A DNA stretch of 64,000 nucleotides from a virus: positions 31,216 to 95,215 of IMG/VR virus record IMGVR_UViG_3300037472_000016; one strand, 5' to 3'. The notes beneath the pieces are model-generated. The model was not told the origin of the DNA and made no database searches. It saw only the letters and a list, made by a program, of their open reading frames with translations. The position numbers and the translations under genes were made by a program. Of the stretch, positions 30,467 through 40,357 are shown one piece after another (position 1 is the first letter of the stretch; each line of letters starts with the position of its first letter).

Positions 30467-31261
30467 ATGAAAAATCTAATCAGTGAAGTAATGGAGCGAC
30501 CAGTTCGGGTAAAGAAAGACCCAATCGACCCAGAGGGCATCATTGCAAAGATCAGAGAGGGGTACACAGTAAACCGTGGCCCCAAGTATCAGCAGAAGAA
30601 AAGCTTTGCACCGTCCACTGTGGCATACTCTCACGGAGAATGCGCCAGGTACTGGTACTTAGCTTTTGAGGGCGGAGTCTTTGAGGACAACGCAGATGCT
30701 TTTGCTGGTGCCAACATGACTAACGGAACAAAGTCTCACGAGCGAATCCAGCAGGCTATGGCTGATTCTGGAATGCTTGTAGATTCTGAGTTCAAGGTCA
30801 TCAGCCAAGACCCTCCAATTTTCGGGTATGGAGATGTTCTTTTAGACTGGCAAGGAGAAGTCCTTCTAGGAGAAATTAAGACCATGATGAATGAAGGCTT
30901 CGAGTATCGCAAGATTAACGAGAGGCCCAAAGCAGGACACCTTATTCAGCTTCTCATTTACATGAAGATTCTTAATAAGCAAAAGGCAGTCCTCATTTAT
31001 GAAAACAAGAACAACCACGAGTTGCTGGTTCTTCCTGTTGAGATGAATGAGTATTACAAAAAGTGGGTAGACCAAGCATTTGAGTGGATGCGAGAGGTTC
31101 GTACTGCGTGGGAAGAAAAGACCCTTCCAGTAAAGAACTATCGATCAAACTCAAGAATCTGCAAGACTTGTCCTTTGTACAAGATTTGTGCAGAAGCTGG
31201 AACTGGAGAGATCAAGATTAAGTCTCTGGAGCAGATAGATGAAAAGCTGTCAGTGGTGTGA
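30467..31261 (+). CDS. Cas4-like exonuclease
   Basis: N-terminal C (ECAR), GT.SHERIQ, GDVLL...GEIKT, QLLIY, C-terminal CKTCP...C. Confidence 0.85.
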   Translation: MKNLISEVMERPVRVKKDPIDPEGIIAKIREGYTVNRGPKYQQKKSFAPSTVAYSHGECARYWYLAFEGGVFEDNADAFAGANMTNGTKSHERIQQAMADSGMLVDSEFKVISQDPPIFGYGDVLLDWQGEVLLGEIKTMMNEGFEYRKINERPKAGHLIQLLIYMKILNKQKAVLIYENKNNHELLVLPVEMNEYYKKWVDQAFEWMREVRTAWEEKTLPVKNYRSNSRICKTCPLYKICAEAGTGEIKIKSLEQIDEKLSVV

Positions 31262-31532
31262 GAACGCCTTCGTAGCAAGAGTAAAGTATCAGATATATTG
31301 TTCTGACTCTTGTAGGGAAGGTGCTACCAAGCAAAAGATTGCAGACCGCTACGCGATTGCGAGGCGCACGAGGCTAATGTCTAAGACTAGGCTTTGTGCG
31401 TCTTGCAAGCTTCCCCTGTCGGCATACAACGACGAAGAAGTTTGTCAGGCTTGCTTGGTAAATCCAAAAGATGTAAAGAAAGCACTTAAAGAAATTAAAT
31501 CAATCTCTAGGGGAGGGAGCAGAAATGAGTAA
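31239..31532 (+). CDS. Cys-rich Zn-binding protein
   Basis: Four CxxC/CxxxC pairs. Confidence 0.6.
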   Translation: MKSCQWCENAFVARVKYQIYCSDSCREGATKQKIADRYAIARRTRLMSKTRLCASCKLPLSAYNDEEVCQACLVNPKDVKKALKEIKSISRGGSRNE

Positions 31533-32085
31533 GAAAATCTGTTCCATTGACGCTAGTACAAACAACATAGCTTTTGCTCTCTTTGATTCAAATACTTTGT
31601 TGATGGTTGGAAAGATAAACTTTGTTGGAAGAAACACTTACGAAAAAGTTGCAGACTCGGCCAAGAAGATTAGAGACTTTTTTGCCCTAGAGCTTATGCA
31701 AGGCATAGATGCCATTGTCATTGAGCACACGGTATTTATGAACAGTCCCAAGACTTTGGCTGACCTTACCCTGGTTCAGGGCGCGGTATTGGGAGCGGCC
31801 TCCACAGCGGGGGTACCAGTCATAAAGAGTACAAACCCTATGGCTTGGCAGTCCTTCATTGGTAACAACCGATTGACAAAGGCAGAACAACAAGAGATTA
31901 AGGACTTCTATCCAGGTAAAACAGAGGCTTGGTACAAGAAGGCTTCCCGAGAAGTTAGAAAGCAGAGAACAATAGAGTTTGTGGAAGAGCACTACGGTAG
32001 GGTAGTATTGGACAATGATGTGTCTGATGCAATCGGAGTTGGACACTATGCCGTTCACAACTGGGAGAAGCTAAACAATGGCTAA
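31525..32085 (+). CDS. RuvC-like resolvase
   Basis: SIDAST, IVIEH, DNDVSDAIGV. Confidence 0.8.
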   Translation: MSKKICSIDASTNNIAFALFDSNTLLMVGKINFVGRNTYEKVADSAKKIRDFFALELMQGIDAIVIEHTVFMNSPKTLADLTLVQGAVLGAASTAGVPVIKSTNPMAWQSFIGNNRLTKAEQQEIKDFYPGKTEAWYKKASREVRKQRTIEFVEEHYGRVVLDNDVSDAIGVGHYAVHNWEKLNNG

Positions 32086-32233
32086 TAAGCTATACCAGTC
32101 TGAGGCCTGGCTCCGCAAACGCTTTCATCTTGATAGAAAAACACCAGAGCAAATAGCCGCTGAGTGCGGAGCAAGTGTAGAAACCATTTACGTTTATTTG
32201 GCAAAATTTAAATTAAGGAAAAGTAGAAGATGA
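32078..32233 (+). CDS. Small HTH protein (51 aa, not in the ORF track)
   Basis: LYQSEAWLRKR...KTPEQIAAECGASVETIYVYL; coupled on both sides. Confidence 0.7.
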   Translation: MANKLYQSEAWLRKRFHLDRKTPEQIAAECGASVETIYVYLAKFKLRKSRR

Positions 32234-32562
32234 CATTTGATGTTTACGAACCAAGAAAAAGTGCTACCCGGTATGCAAAAATGGGGCCTCCCTTTCAGCA
32301 CTCTCCCGCAGAAGTATTTCAGCAGGCAGCAGAAGACCTGGTTAATCGCCCGACGCACTACACAAGCCACCCTAGCGGCGTAGAGGCAATCCAGATTACT
32401 CGGCACTATGACTTTGCCATTGGAAATGCAATTAAGTATTTGTGGAGGGCTGGACTAAAGAAAGACCAAAGCAAGAAAGACAGAGACAAAGAGGTGGAGG
32501 ACTTGAAGAAGGCGGTCTTCTATATCAATGACAAGATTGCTACTCTTGAGGGTAAAGCATAA
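32230..32562 (+). CDS. DUF3310-like protein
   Basis: VNRPTHY...GNAIKYLWRAG...EDLKKAVFYI. Confidence 0.8.
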   Translation: MTFDVYEPRKSATRYAKMGPPFQHSPAEVFQQAAEDLVNRPTHYTSHPSGVEAIQITRHYDFAIGNAIKYLWRAGLKKDQSKKDRDKEVEDLKKAVFYINDKIATLEGKA

Positions 32563-32852
32563 TGGGTCGCCACAAGAAAGTGGCGGTACAGCCACCACCG
32601 TCTATTTTTATTAAGGACACCTCGCCCTTAACGCTACCCTCTGGCGGAGTGCTAGAACAGGGAGACGTATTCCGGGTACACGGAGAGTACGGAACAAGGT
32701 TTAAGTTTTTTAGTCTTACCACCAATAAAGAAACAGGTGTTTCTTGGGTGGACTGCTTTGAGGTCTACAAGCTTAGAAGCGGTGTTATGAGGTCGTTCTA
32801 CATAGAAAGAATCAAGAAGATTCCTGTAAGGAGGAAGCGCCGTGTCAAGTGA
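32562..32852 (+). CDS. Hypothetical protein
   Basis: Coupled ORF. Confidence 0.55.
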   Translation: MGRHKKVAVQPPPSIFIKDTSPLTLPSGGVLEQGDVFRVHGEYGTRFKFFSLTTNKETGVSWVDCFEVYKLRSGVMRSFYIERIKKIPVRRKRRVK

Positions 32853-33384
32853 AAATGATTTGGTAGAACACCTTGACCAGATGAACAAGGTTGTATCAAA
32901 ATACTTAGAGGGAAACGATGAGACAAAGATTGCTCGTCAGTTAAGCCTACCCAGGCAAAAGGTCGTGGCCTTTCTGGGGGAATGGCGACAAATGGCATCC
33001 AACAATGCTGCAATCAGAGAGAGGGCCAGAGAAGCCCTTGTAGCCGCTGATACCCACTACAGCAAGTTAATCCAGCAGGCCTATGAAGTTATTGATGAGG
33101 CAGGAAGCCAAGGAAACTTGTCAGCCAAGAACTCTGCTATCAAGCTAATTCTTGACATTGAGTCCAGAAGAATTGAGATGCTGCAAAAGGCTGGTCTCCT
33201 AGAAAATAAAGAGCTTGCCGAAGAGATGATGGAGATTGAGCGCAAGCAAGATGTTCTTATGAGCATCCTGAAAGACATTGCCAAGGACTATCCACAGGTT
33301 CGTGATGAAATCATGAGACGCTTGTCTTCTGCCGCTAAAGAGGGAGAGGCAATCGTTATTGTTCAGAATCCGGTGGTCAAGTAA
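32842..33384 (+). CDS. HTH/helical protein, candidate terminase small subunit
   Basis: N-terminal HTH (ETKIARQLSLPRQKV); coupled to the large terminase. Confidence 0.55.
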   Translation: MSSENDLVEHLDQMNKVVSKYLEGNDETKIARQLSLPRQKVVAFLGEWRQMASNNAAIRERAREALVAADTHYSKLIQQAYEVIDEAGSQGNLSAKNSAIKLILDIESRRIEMLQKAGLLENKELAEEMMEIERKQDVLMSILKDIAKDYPQVRDEIMRRLSSAAKEGEAIVIVQNPVVK

Positions 33385-35165
33385 TGTTTGATGACTTCCT
33401 AGATGCACTCAAGGACAATCCTTTTATAGAGACTCCTGTAGATGTAAAGACATTTGTTGAGGGCGAAGACTACCTTGCACAGCCGCCGCTCTCAAGCATC
33501 CAGTACGACATAGTAGAGGCAATGAGTCAAATCTACCGTCTGGAAGAGTTGCAGCAAGTGATGGGCACCGTTGCTGGACAAAAGCACCACAAGAAGTACA
33601 CCAAGAATGAACTGATTTTGATGCTAGGAAAAGGAAGTGGGAAGGACTTTGTTTCTACTGTGGCCTGTGCTTACGTGGTATACAAGCTTCTCTGCCTTAA
33701 GGACCCTGCAAGGTACTACGGAAAGCCCAGTGGAGACGCTATTGATATTATCAACATCGCCATTAACGCTGCCCAGGCAAAGAACGTTTTCTTTAAGGGC
33801 TTTAGGACAAAGATTGAGAAATCACCCTGGTTTGCTGGAAAGTATTATTCCAAGGCAGACAGTATTGAGTTTGACCACTCTATAACCGTATACTCTGGCC
33901 ACTCGGAAAGAGAGTCTCATGAGGGGCTGAACCTCTTAATGGCAGTTCTAGATGAGATTTCTGGATTTGCTACAGAGGTGGGGACTGGAAACGATCAAGG
34001 AAAAACTGCTGACAACATCTACAAGGCGTTCCGTGCATCAGTAGATTCTAGGTTTCCCGATGTGGGAAAGGTTGTGCTTCTTTCCTTCCCCCGTTATCCA
34101 GGAGACTTTATTTCTCAGAGATACGATAGCGTTATCCTTGAGAAGGAAGTTATTTCAAAGAGTCACAGTTTTATTATGAACGACGAGTTGCCAGAAGATA
34201 TGGAGGGCAACTCACTAGACATTACCTGGGATGAAGACACAATTCTTTCTTACAAGATTCCTGGGGTATTCGCAATTAAAAGACCAACATGGGTCGTCAA
34301 TCCCACCAGAAGAATAGAAGACTTTAAGCTAGCCTTCTATACAGACCTGGGAGATGCCATGATGCGATTTGCCTGTATACCCACCTATAGCTCTGATGCT
34401 TTCTTTAAGCAGGCAGACAAGGTACGTTCAGCAATGACCACGGTGAACCCCCTAGACACCAACAGGAGATTTCTTCCAAACTTTAAGCCTGACCCAGACA
34501 AGAAGTATTTCATTCATGCTGACCTTGCACAGCTTCATGATAAGTGTGCTGTAGCAATTGCTCACGTAGATAAGTGGGTAAACATTCAGGTCATTAAGGA
34601 CTATCAGCAGGTCGCTCCAATTGTTGTTGTCGATGCCGTGGCATGGTGGGAGCCAAAGGTTGAGGGGCCAGTTAATCTTTCAGAGGTTAAGCAGTGGATT
34701 CAAAACCTTAGACGGCTTGGCTTTGACATTGGCATGGTCAGCTTTGACAGGTGGCAGAGCTTTGACATTCAGAATGAACTAAAGCAGGTTGGCATCAGAA
34801 CAGAAACTGTATCTGTGGCAAAGAAGCATTACGAAGATATGGCTATGCTCATCTATGAAGACAGGCTTGCCATGCCAGCAATTGACTTGCTTTTCGAGGA
34901 GTTGACAGAGCTTAAGATAGTTAAGCAGAACAGAGTTGACCACCCTCGTAAAAAGTCTAAGGACTTGGCAGATGCTGTGTGCGGTGCAATTTTTGGAGCT
35001 ATCTCTCACACACCAAAGGACACATTCGGTGAGATAGAGGTCCATACATTTAGGGATAGGCCAAAGACCACGGTAGCGCCACAGGACCATAACGTGGTAC
35101 AATTAACTCCCAAGGAAATGCCGAACGATATAAAAGACTATCTTGACAGTTTTGGCTACCTATAA
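33384..35165 (+). CDS. Terminase large subunit
   Basis: GKGSGKD Walker A, VLDEISG Walker B, HADLA and SFDRWQS nuclease motifs, DHP...SKDLADA. Confidence 0.9.
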   Translation: MFDDFLDALKDNPFIETPVDVKTFVEGEDYLAQPPLSSIQYDIVEAMSQIYRLEELQQVMGTVAGQKHHKKYTKNELILMLGKGSGKDFVSTVACAYVVYKLLCLKDPARYYGKPSGDAIDIINIAINAAQAKNVFFKGFRTKIEKSPWFAGKYYSKADSIEFDHSITVYSGHSERESHEGLNLLMAVLDEISGFATEVGTGNDQGKTADNIYKAFRASVDSRFPDVGKVVLLSFPRYPGDFISQRYDSVILEKEVISKSHSFIMNDELPEDMEGNSLDITWDEDTILSYKIPGVFAIKRPTWVVNPTRRIEDFKLAFYTDLGDAMMRFACIPTYSSDAFFKQADKVRSAMTTVNPLDTNRRFLPNFKPDPDKKYFIHADLAQLHDKCAVAIAHVDKWVNIQVIKDYQQVAPIVVVDAVAWWEPKVEGPVNLSEVKQWIQNLRRLGFDIGMVSFDRWQSFDIQNELKQVGIRTETVSVAKKHYEDMAMLIYEDRLAMPAIDLLFEELTELKIVKQNRVDHPRKKSKDLADAVCGAIFGAISHTPKDTFGEIEVHTFRDRPKTTVAPQDHNVVQLTPKEMPNDIKDYLDSFGYL

Positions 35166-35182
35166 ATAGAAGGTAGAATAGA

Positions 35183-35578
35183 ATGTCGGCAGATATCGTA
35201 TACTACTCCAACAGGTCAAACACTACACATAAGTTTGTCCAGAAGCTAGGAGTCGAGTCTTTAAGGATTCCGCAAAGCGGTGATTTCTTTGTTGACAAAG
35301 AGTATGTCTTGTTTGTTCCTACGTATGGGAGTGGGAACGACGGTCATAGTATTCCTAGACCAGTAGCAAATTTTTTAAACGTTCCCCGGAACAGAAGCCT
35401 CTTAATAGGGGTTGTGGGGTTTGGAAACACAAACTTCGGGGAACACTTTTGTAAGGCAGCAACCCTCATTTCAAATAAAACAGGGGTACCAATTTTGGCA
35501 CGAGTAGAGCTTTTGGGGACACCAGAAGACGTAAAATTAGTTAAGGAAAGGCTAACACTACTAGATGAACAACTATAG
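35183..35578 (+). CDS. nrdI: Class Ib RNR flavodoxin NrdI
   Basis: [34 protein letters not shown]. Confidence 0.93.
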   Translation: MSADIVYYSNRSNTTHKFVQKLGVESLRIPQSGDFFVDKEYVLFVPTYGSGNDGHSIPRPVANFLNVPRNRSLLIGVVGFGNTNFGEHFCKAATLISNKTGVPILARVELLGTPEDVKLVKERLTLLDEQL

Positions 35579-37685
35579 CTATCACGATCTAAATGCAATG
35601 CTTAATTTGTGGGGACCAGACGGCAAGATTCAGTTCGACAAAGACAAGCAGGCAGCAAAGTCATACTTCCTAGACCATGTTAATCAAAACACGGTCTTCT
35701 TTCATTCTCTTGAGGAAAAGCTTGATTACCTTGTAGAGCAAGACTATTACGACAAGTCAATCTTGGACCAGTACTCTGTTGATTTTGTCAAGTCCTTGTT
35801 CAAGCAGGTGTACTCTCACAAGTTTAGGTTTGAAACCTTTCTGGGCGCATATAAGTTCTACACTGGGTACGCACTAAAGACGTTTGACGGTAAGCGATAC
35901 CTGGAGCGATTTGAAGACCGAGTGGCCATGAATGGCCTCATGCTTGCCAGGGGCGATGAGAAGGTTGCTAAGGGCATCGTGGAAGAGCTTATCTCCGGTC
36001 GCTTCCAGCCAGCCACTCCAACCTTCCTGAACGCTGGTAAGGCCCAGCGAGGGGAGTATGTGTCCTGCTTCTTGCTTAGGATTGAAGACAACATGGAGTC
36101 CATTGCAAGAGCAATCAATTCATCATTGCAATTGTCTAAGCGTGGCGGTGGCGTGGCTCTTAACCTTACCAACTTGCGTGAGGCTGGTGCTCCCATCAAG
36201 AAGATCGAGGGGCAGTCCTCTGGCATTGTTCCAGTAATGAAGATGCTTGAAGACGCTTTCTCCTATGCTAACCAGCTAGGAGCCAGACAGGGCGCTGGCG
36301 CGGTATACCTGAACGCTCACCACCCAGACATTCTTACCTTTCTCGACACCAAGAGAGAGAACGCAGACGAGAAGATTAGGATTAAGACTCTTAGTCTTGG
36401 AGTTGTTATTCCCGATATCACCCTCAAGCTTGCAGGGAACAAGGAAGATCAGACAATGTATCTCTTCTCTCCCTATGACGTAGAGCGTGTGTACGGCATT
36501 CCCATGAGCGATATTTCTATTACAGAAAAGTATCAGGAGATGGTTGACAACCCAGAGATTAAAAAGACAAAGATCAATGCTCGCGTTCTGTTTGAGCGCA
36601 TTGCAGAGGTTCAGTTTGAGTCTGGGTACCCCTACATCGTCTATGAAGACACAGTAAACAATGCTAACCCTATCGACGGTCGCATCAGCATGAGCAACCT
36701 GTGTTCAGAGATTTTGCAGGTAAGCACTCCAACAACCTACAACAATGACCTAAGTTACAAAAAGATTGGCAAGGACATTTCTTGCAATCTTGGCTCTCTT
36801 AACATTGCAAAAGCCATGGATTCCCCAGACCTTGGAAAGACTATTGAGATAGCCATTCGCTCTCTGACGGCGGTATCAGACCTAAGTTACATTGATTCCG
36901 TAATGTCTATTGCAGATGGTAATAGCAAGTCTCATGCCATTGGCCTTGGACAGATGAACCTTCACGGCTACCTTGGCCGTGAGCGCATCATGTACGGCTC
37001 AGAGGAGGGCATTGACTTCACAAATATCTACTTCTACACAGTTGCCTACCACGCAATTAAGGCATCTGCAAAGATTGCCCAAGAGCGTGGACAGCACTTT
37101 GAAGGCTTTGAGAAGTCAAAGTATGCCTCTGGTGAATACTTCGATAAGTATGTAAACAACGAGTGGTTGCCAGCAACAAAAAAGGTTGCAGGTATTTTTG
37201 CAGACTCTGGCATTGCAATTCCTACCCAAGAGGACTGGAAGTCATTGGCCAAGTTTGTAAAGAAGCACGGTATCTACAATCAGAATCTACAAGCTGTGCC
37301 ACCAACAGGCTCTATCTCGTACATCAACAACTCAACAAGTTCTATCCACCCGATTGCATCTCAGATTGAGATTCGTAAAGAGGGTAAGCTTGGCAGGGTA
37401 TATTTCCCAGCACCGTACCTCACTAACGAGAACAGGGAGTACTTCCAAGACGCATATGAGATCGGTCCTAGTGCTATAATTGATACCTACGCTGCGGCGA
37501 CTCAGCACGTAGATCAGGGTCTGTCTCTAACGCTATTCTTTAAGGACACAGCAACTACAAGAGATGTAAACCGTGCTCAGATTTATGCATGGAAAAAGGG
37601 AATCAAGACGGTGTATTACATCAGAATCAGGCAGCTTGCTCTTGACGGAACCAGTCAGGAAGAGTGTGTGTCATGTCAGCTTTAG
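35565..37685 (+). CDS. nrdE: Class Ib ribonucleotide reductase alpha subunit
   Basis: [32 protein letters not shown]-terminal CVSC. Confidence 0.97.
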   Translation: MNNYSYHDLNAMLNLWGPDGKIQFDKDKQAAKSYFLDHVNQNTVFFHSLEEKLDYLVEQDYYDKSILDQYSVDFVKSLFKQVYSHKFRFETFLGAYKFYTGYALKTFDGKRYLERFEDRVAMNGLMLARGDEKVAKGIVEELISGRFQPATPTFLNAGKAQRGEYVSCFLLRIEDNMESIARAINSSLQLSKRGGGVALNLTNLREAGAPIKKIEGQSSGIVPVMKMLEDAFSYANQLGARQGAGAVYLNAHHPDILTFLDTKRENADEKIRIKTLSLGVVIPDITLKLAGNKEDQTMYLFSPYDVERVYGIPMSDISITEKYQEMVDNPEIKKTKINARVLFERIAEVQFESGYPYIVYEDTVNNANPIDGRISMSNLCSEILQVSTPTTYNNDLSYKKIGKDISCNLGSLNIAKAMDSPDLGKTIEIAIRSLTAVSDLSYIDSVMSIADGNSKSHAIGLGQMNLHGYLGRERIMYGSEEGIDFTNIYFYTVAYHAIKASAKIAQERGQHFEGFEKSKYASGEYFDKYVNNEWLPATKKVAGIFADSGIAIPTQEDWKSLAKFVKKHGIYNQNLQAVPPTGSISYINNSTSSIHPIASQIEIRKEGKLGRVYFPAPYLTNENREYFQDAYEIGPSAIIDTYAAATQHVDQGLSLTLFFKDTATTRDVNRAQIYAWKKGIKTVYYIRIRQLALDGTSQEECVSCQL

Positions 37686-37702
37686 AAAGGCGCAAATTTT
37701 AA

Positions 37703-38653
<951 letters not shown>

Positions 38654-38667
38654 CTAAATAGGTTAAG

Positions 38668-38712
38668 AGGCAGGCTCATTGGTATAGCGCCGGTGGGCCT
38701 GTTCTCGTTTTT
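38668..38712 (+). terminator. Terminator after nrdF
   Basis: CAGGCTCATTGGT-ATAGC-GCCGGTGGGCCTG followed by TTCTCGTTTTT. Confidence 0.65.
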
Positions 38713-38737
38713 CCGGGGCATGTGGTACACTATCATA

Positions 38738-38866
38738 ATGGAAAACTTGCAATACTGGGAAGACCTAGCAAAGAAGCTAGAAGATAAAGAGTACAGAGAA
38801 GAGTTCTTCTTACAATCTCTGGCAACTGTCTGGATTGACAAAGACGAGCAACCCATGCTATGGTAG
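38738..38866 (+). CDS. Small hypothetical protein (42 aa), leaderless
   Basis: TGGTACACT 6 nt upstream; MENLQYWEDLAKKLEDKEYREEFF... Confidence 0.5.
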   Translation: MENLQYWEDLAKKLEDKEYREEFFLQSLATVWIDKDEQPMLW

Positions 38867-38885
38867 CAGGACACAATAAAACAAT

Positions 38886-38958
38886 GCCTTGTTAGTTCAG
38901 CGGATAGAATACCTCTTTCCTAAAGAGTAGGTCACTGGTTCGAGTCCAGTACAGGGCA
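38886..38958 (+). tRNA. tRNA-Arg(CCU)
   Basis: GCCTTGT/ACAGGGC acceptor; loop TT-CCT-AA; T arm ACTGG-TTCGAGT-CCAGT. Confidence 0.85.
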
Positions 38959-38992
38959 CGCATTGAGTGATGATGTTTGTCATTCTTTTCAA

Positions 38993-39066
38993 CGGAATGT
39001 AGCTCAGCTTGGTAGAGCGTTCGGTTTGGGTCCGAAAAGTCGCAAGTTCAACTCTTGTCATTCCGA
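38993..39066 (+). tRNA. tRNA-Pro(UGG)
   Basis: CGGAATG/CATTCCG; TTCGG-TTTGGGT-CCGAA. Confidence 0.9.
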
Positions 39067-39068
39067 CT

Positions 39069-39139
39069 GTGGCTGTCGTCCAAAGGCAGGACAACAGTTT
39101 GTGGAACTGTGAATGAGGGTTCGATTCCCTCCGGTCACC
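39069..39139 (+). tRNA. tRNA-His(GUG)
   Basis: GTGGCTG/CGGTCAC with C73; ACAGT-TTGTGGA-ACTGT. Confidence 0.88.
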
Positions 39140-39162
39140 GACACAATTAAATAGTGTATACT

Positions 39163-39258
39163 GTAATTAGCTCCACACAGGGCAAGGTCGCACTTTAGGA
39201 TGGTTTGTTACCAAAATTCCGGGCCATATGCAAGGTTCTGTGTGGGGCATTACTTTTT
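39163..39258 (+). ncRNA. Putative ~90-nt rod-like ncRNA
   Basis: TATACT just upstream; 14-bp closing stem GCTCCACACAGGGC/GTTCTGTGTGGGGC; inner stem ATGGTTTG/CGGGCCAT; followed by a U-tract. Confidence 0.5.
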
Positions 39259-39259
39259 G

Positions 39260-39337
39260 GTCATGAGCGCTGGGACGCAAAGGAGACTGTAAATCTCTTT
39301 CCAATCGGATAGACGAGTTCGATTCTCGGGCATGGCA
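39260..39337 (+). tRNA. Atypical tRNA-Tyr(GUA)
   Basis: GGAGA-CTGTAAA-TCTCT; variable arm TCC-AATC-GGA; T loop TTCGATT; short D arm and 6-bp acceptor. Confidence 0.6.
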
Positions 39338-39535
39338 CTCAACGGTAAAATGTTGTGATACAATTGGAGCTATGATGAAAAAGCAAGTACAGAGAGCCTG
39401 GACAAACGTCCGTCTCTTTGGGCTGCTTGGAGTCAAGTAAAAAAGCTACTTGACAAAATCAATTGCAGCCCCTAGAATATATCTGGGGGCTTTCTGCATA
39501 TGCACTTTTAAAAATAAACAGAGAAAAATTTGTAT

Positions 39536-39609
39536 GCTTCTATAGCTCAGTTGGTCAGAGCATTCGCCTCTTAAGCGAAGGGTCCAAAGTTCAAGTCTTT
39601 GTGGAAGCA
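39536..39609 (+). tRNA. tRNA-Lys(CUU)
   Basis: GCTTCTA/TGGAAGC; TTCGC-CTCTTAA-GCGAA. Confidence 0.92.
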
Positions 39610-39622
39610 CGCAATACAAAAT

Positions 39623-39696
39623 GCCCCTGTAGCTTAGCTGGTTAGAGCATCCCGCTCATAACGGGACGGTCCTCGGTTCAAGTCCGAGTGGGGGCA
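39623..39696 (+). tRNA. tRNA with CAU anticodon (elongator Met or Ile2)
   Basis: GCCCCTG/TGGGGGC; TCCCG-CTCATAA-CGGGA; no initiator features. Confidence 0.88.
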
Positions 39697-39697
39697 C

Positions 39698-39793
39698 TAT
39701 CCTGGCGGTTCAAATCCGCATAAAAGCTGGTTGCAAACGGCTTTAGTCGCTGCTTTACTACGCGGGCGGTGATACCCATGGCGGGGCAGGGTA
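39698..39793 (+). ncRNA. tRNA-like RNA with permuted arm order
   Basis: Closing stem TATCCTG/CAGGGTA encloses a T arm, a GCA hairpin, a 7-bp acceptor-like hairpin and a D-like arm. Confidence 0.55.
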
Positions 39794-39802
39794 CAGTTTT
39801 AT

Positions 39803-39876
39803 GCTTCTATAGCTCAGGTGGTCAGAGCAACGCTCTTTTAAAGCGTGGGTCCTCGGTTCGAGTCCGAGTGGGGGTA
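39803..39876 (+). tRNA. tRNA-Lys(UUU)
   Basis: ACGCT-CTTTTAA-AGCGT; acceptor rich in G-U pairs. Confidence 0.85.
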
Positions 39877-39887
39877 CGCAAGAAAAT

Positions 39888-39959
39888 GTACCTATGGTGT
39901 TAACGGTAGCATGGCGGATTCCAAACCCGCTGGTTCGGGTTCAAATCCTGATGGGTGCG
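39888..39959 (+). tRNA. tRNA-Trp(CCA)
   Basis: GTACCTA/TGGGTGC with G73; loop TT-CCA-AA. Confidence 0.8.
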
Positions 39960-39993
39960 CTAAGGTGGCAACAGCCTTAAAATGTTGCATCCT

Positions 39994-40064
39994 GGGGTAT
40001 TAGCATAGTGGTAATGCACGCGCCTTCCAAGCCTGTTAGGGGAGTTCGATTCTCCCATACCCCT
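39994..40064 (+). tRNA. tRNA-Gly(UCC)
   Basis: GGGGTAT/ATACCCC with U73; loop CT-TCC-AA; one C-C mismatch in the anticodon stem. Confidence 0.82.
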
Positions 40065-40097
40065 CGAACCAAGTATTTCTCTTAATATTTGGTTTAC

Positions 40098-40172
40098 GCC
40101 TCTTTAGCTCAGCCTGGCCAGAGCGTCGCTCTTGTAAAGCGAAAGTCATCAGTTCGAATCTGATAAGAGGCT
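40098..40172 (+). tRNA. tRNA-Thr(UGU)
   Basis: GCCTCTT/AAGAGGC; TCGCT-CTTGTAA-AGCGA. Confidence 0.92.
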
Positions 40173-40181
40173 CGTAATATT

Positions 40182-40253
40182 GGTTCGATAACTCAGAGGA
40201 AGAGTGCCTGCTTTACACGCAGGAGGTCGGGATTTCGAAATTCCCTCGAACCA
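40182..40253 (+). tRNA. tRNA-Val(UAC)
   Basis: GGTTCGA/TCGAACC; CCTGC-TTTACAC-GCAGG. Confidence 0.9.
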
Positions 40254-40357
40254 CTAGCCAGTATTGATAATAAAACACCAGCTAGCCTTCTAGCCGGTAT
40301 TGTATTGTCAAAAGTATTGGGTGCGTATTAGATAGATCAAAATAAAGGAACTTACGA

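Noticed and set aside
30467-31261. CRISPR-Cas system suggested by the Cas4-like gene
   Set aside because: No repeat-spacer array or other cas genes are present; stand-alone Cas4-like nucleases are common in phage recombination modules.
21801-37685. Inteins or introns in dnaB, dnaE, terminase or nrdE
   Set aside because: The ORFs are continuous and of ordinary length, with no intein splice motifs or LAGLIDADG inserts recognised.
39167-39645. ORFs called across the tRNA array
   Set aside because: They overlap tRNA or structured RNA elements and lack translation signals.
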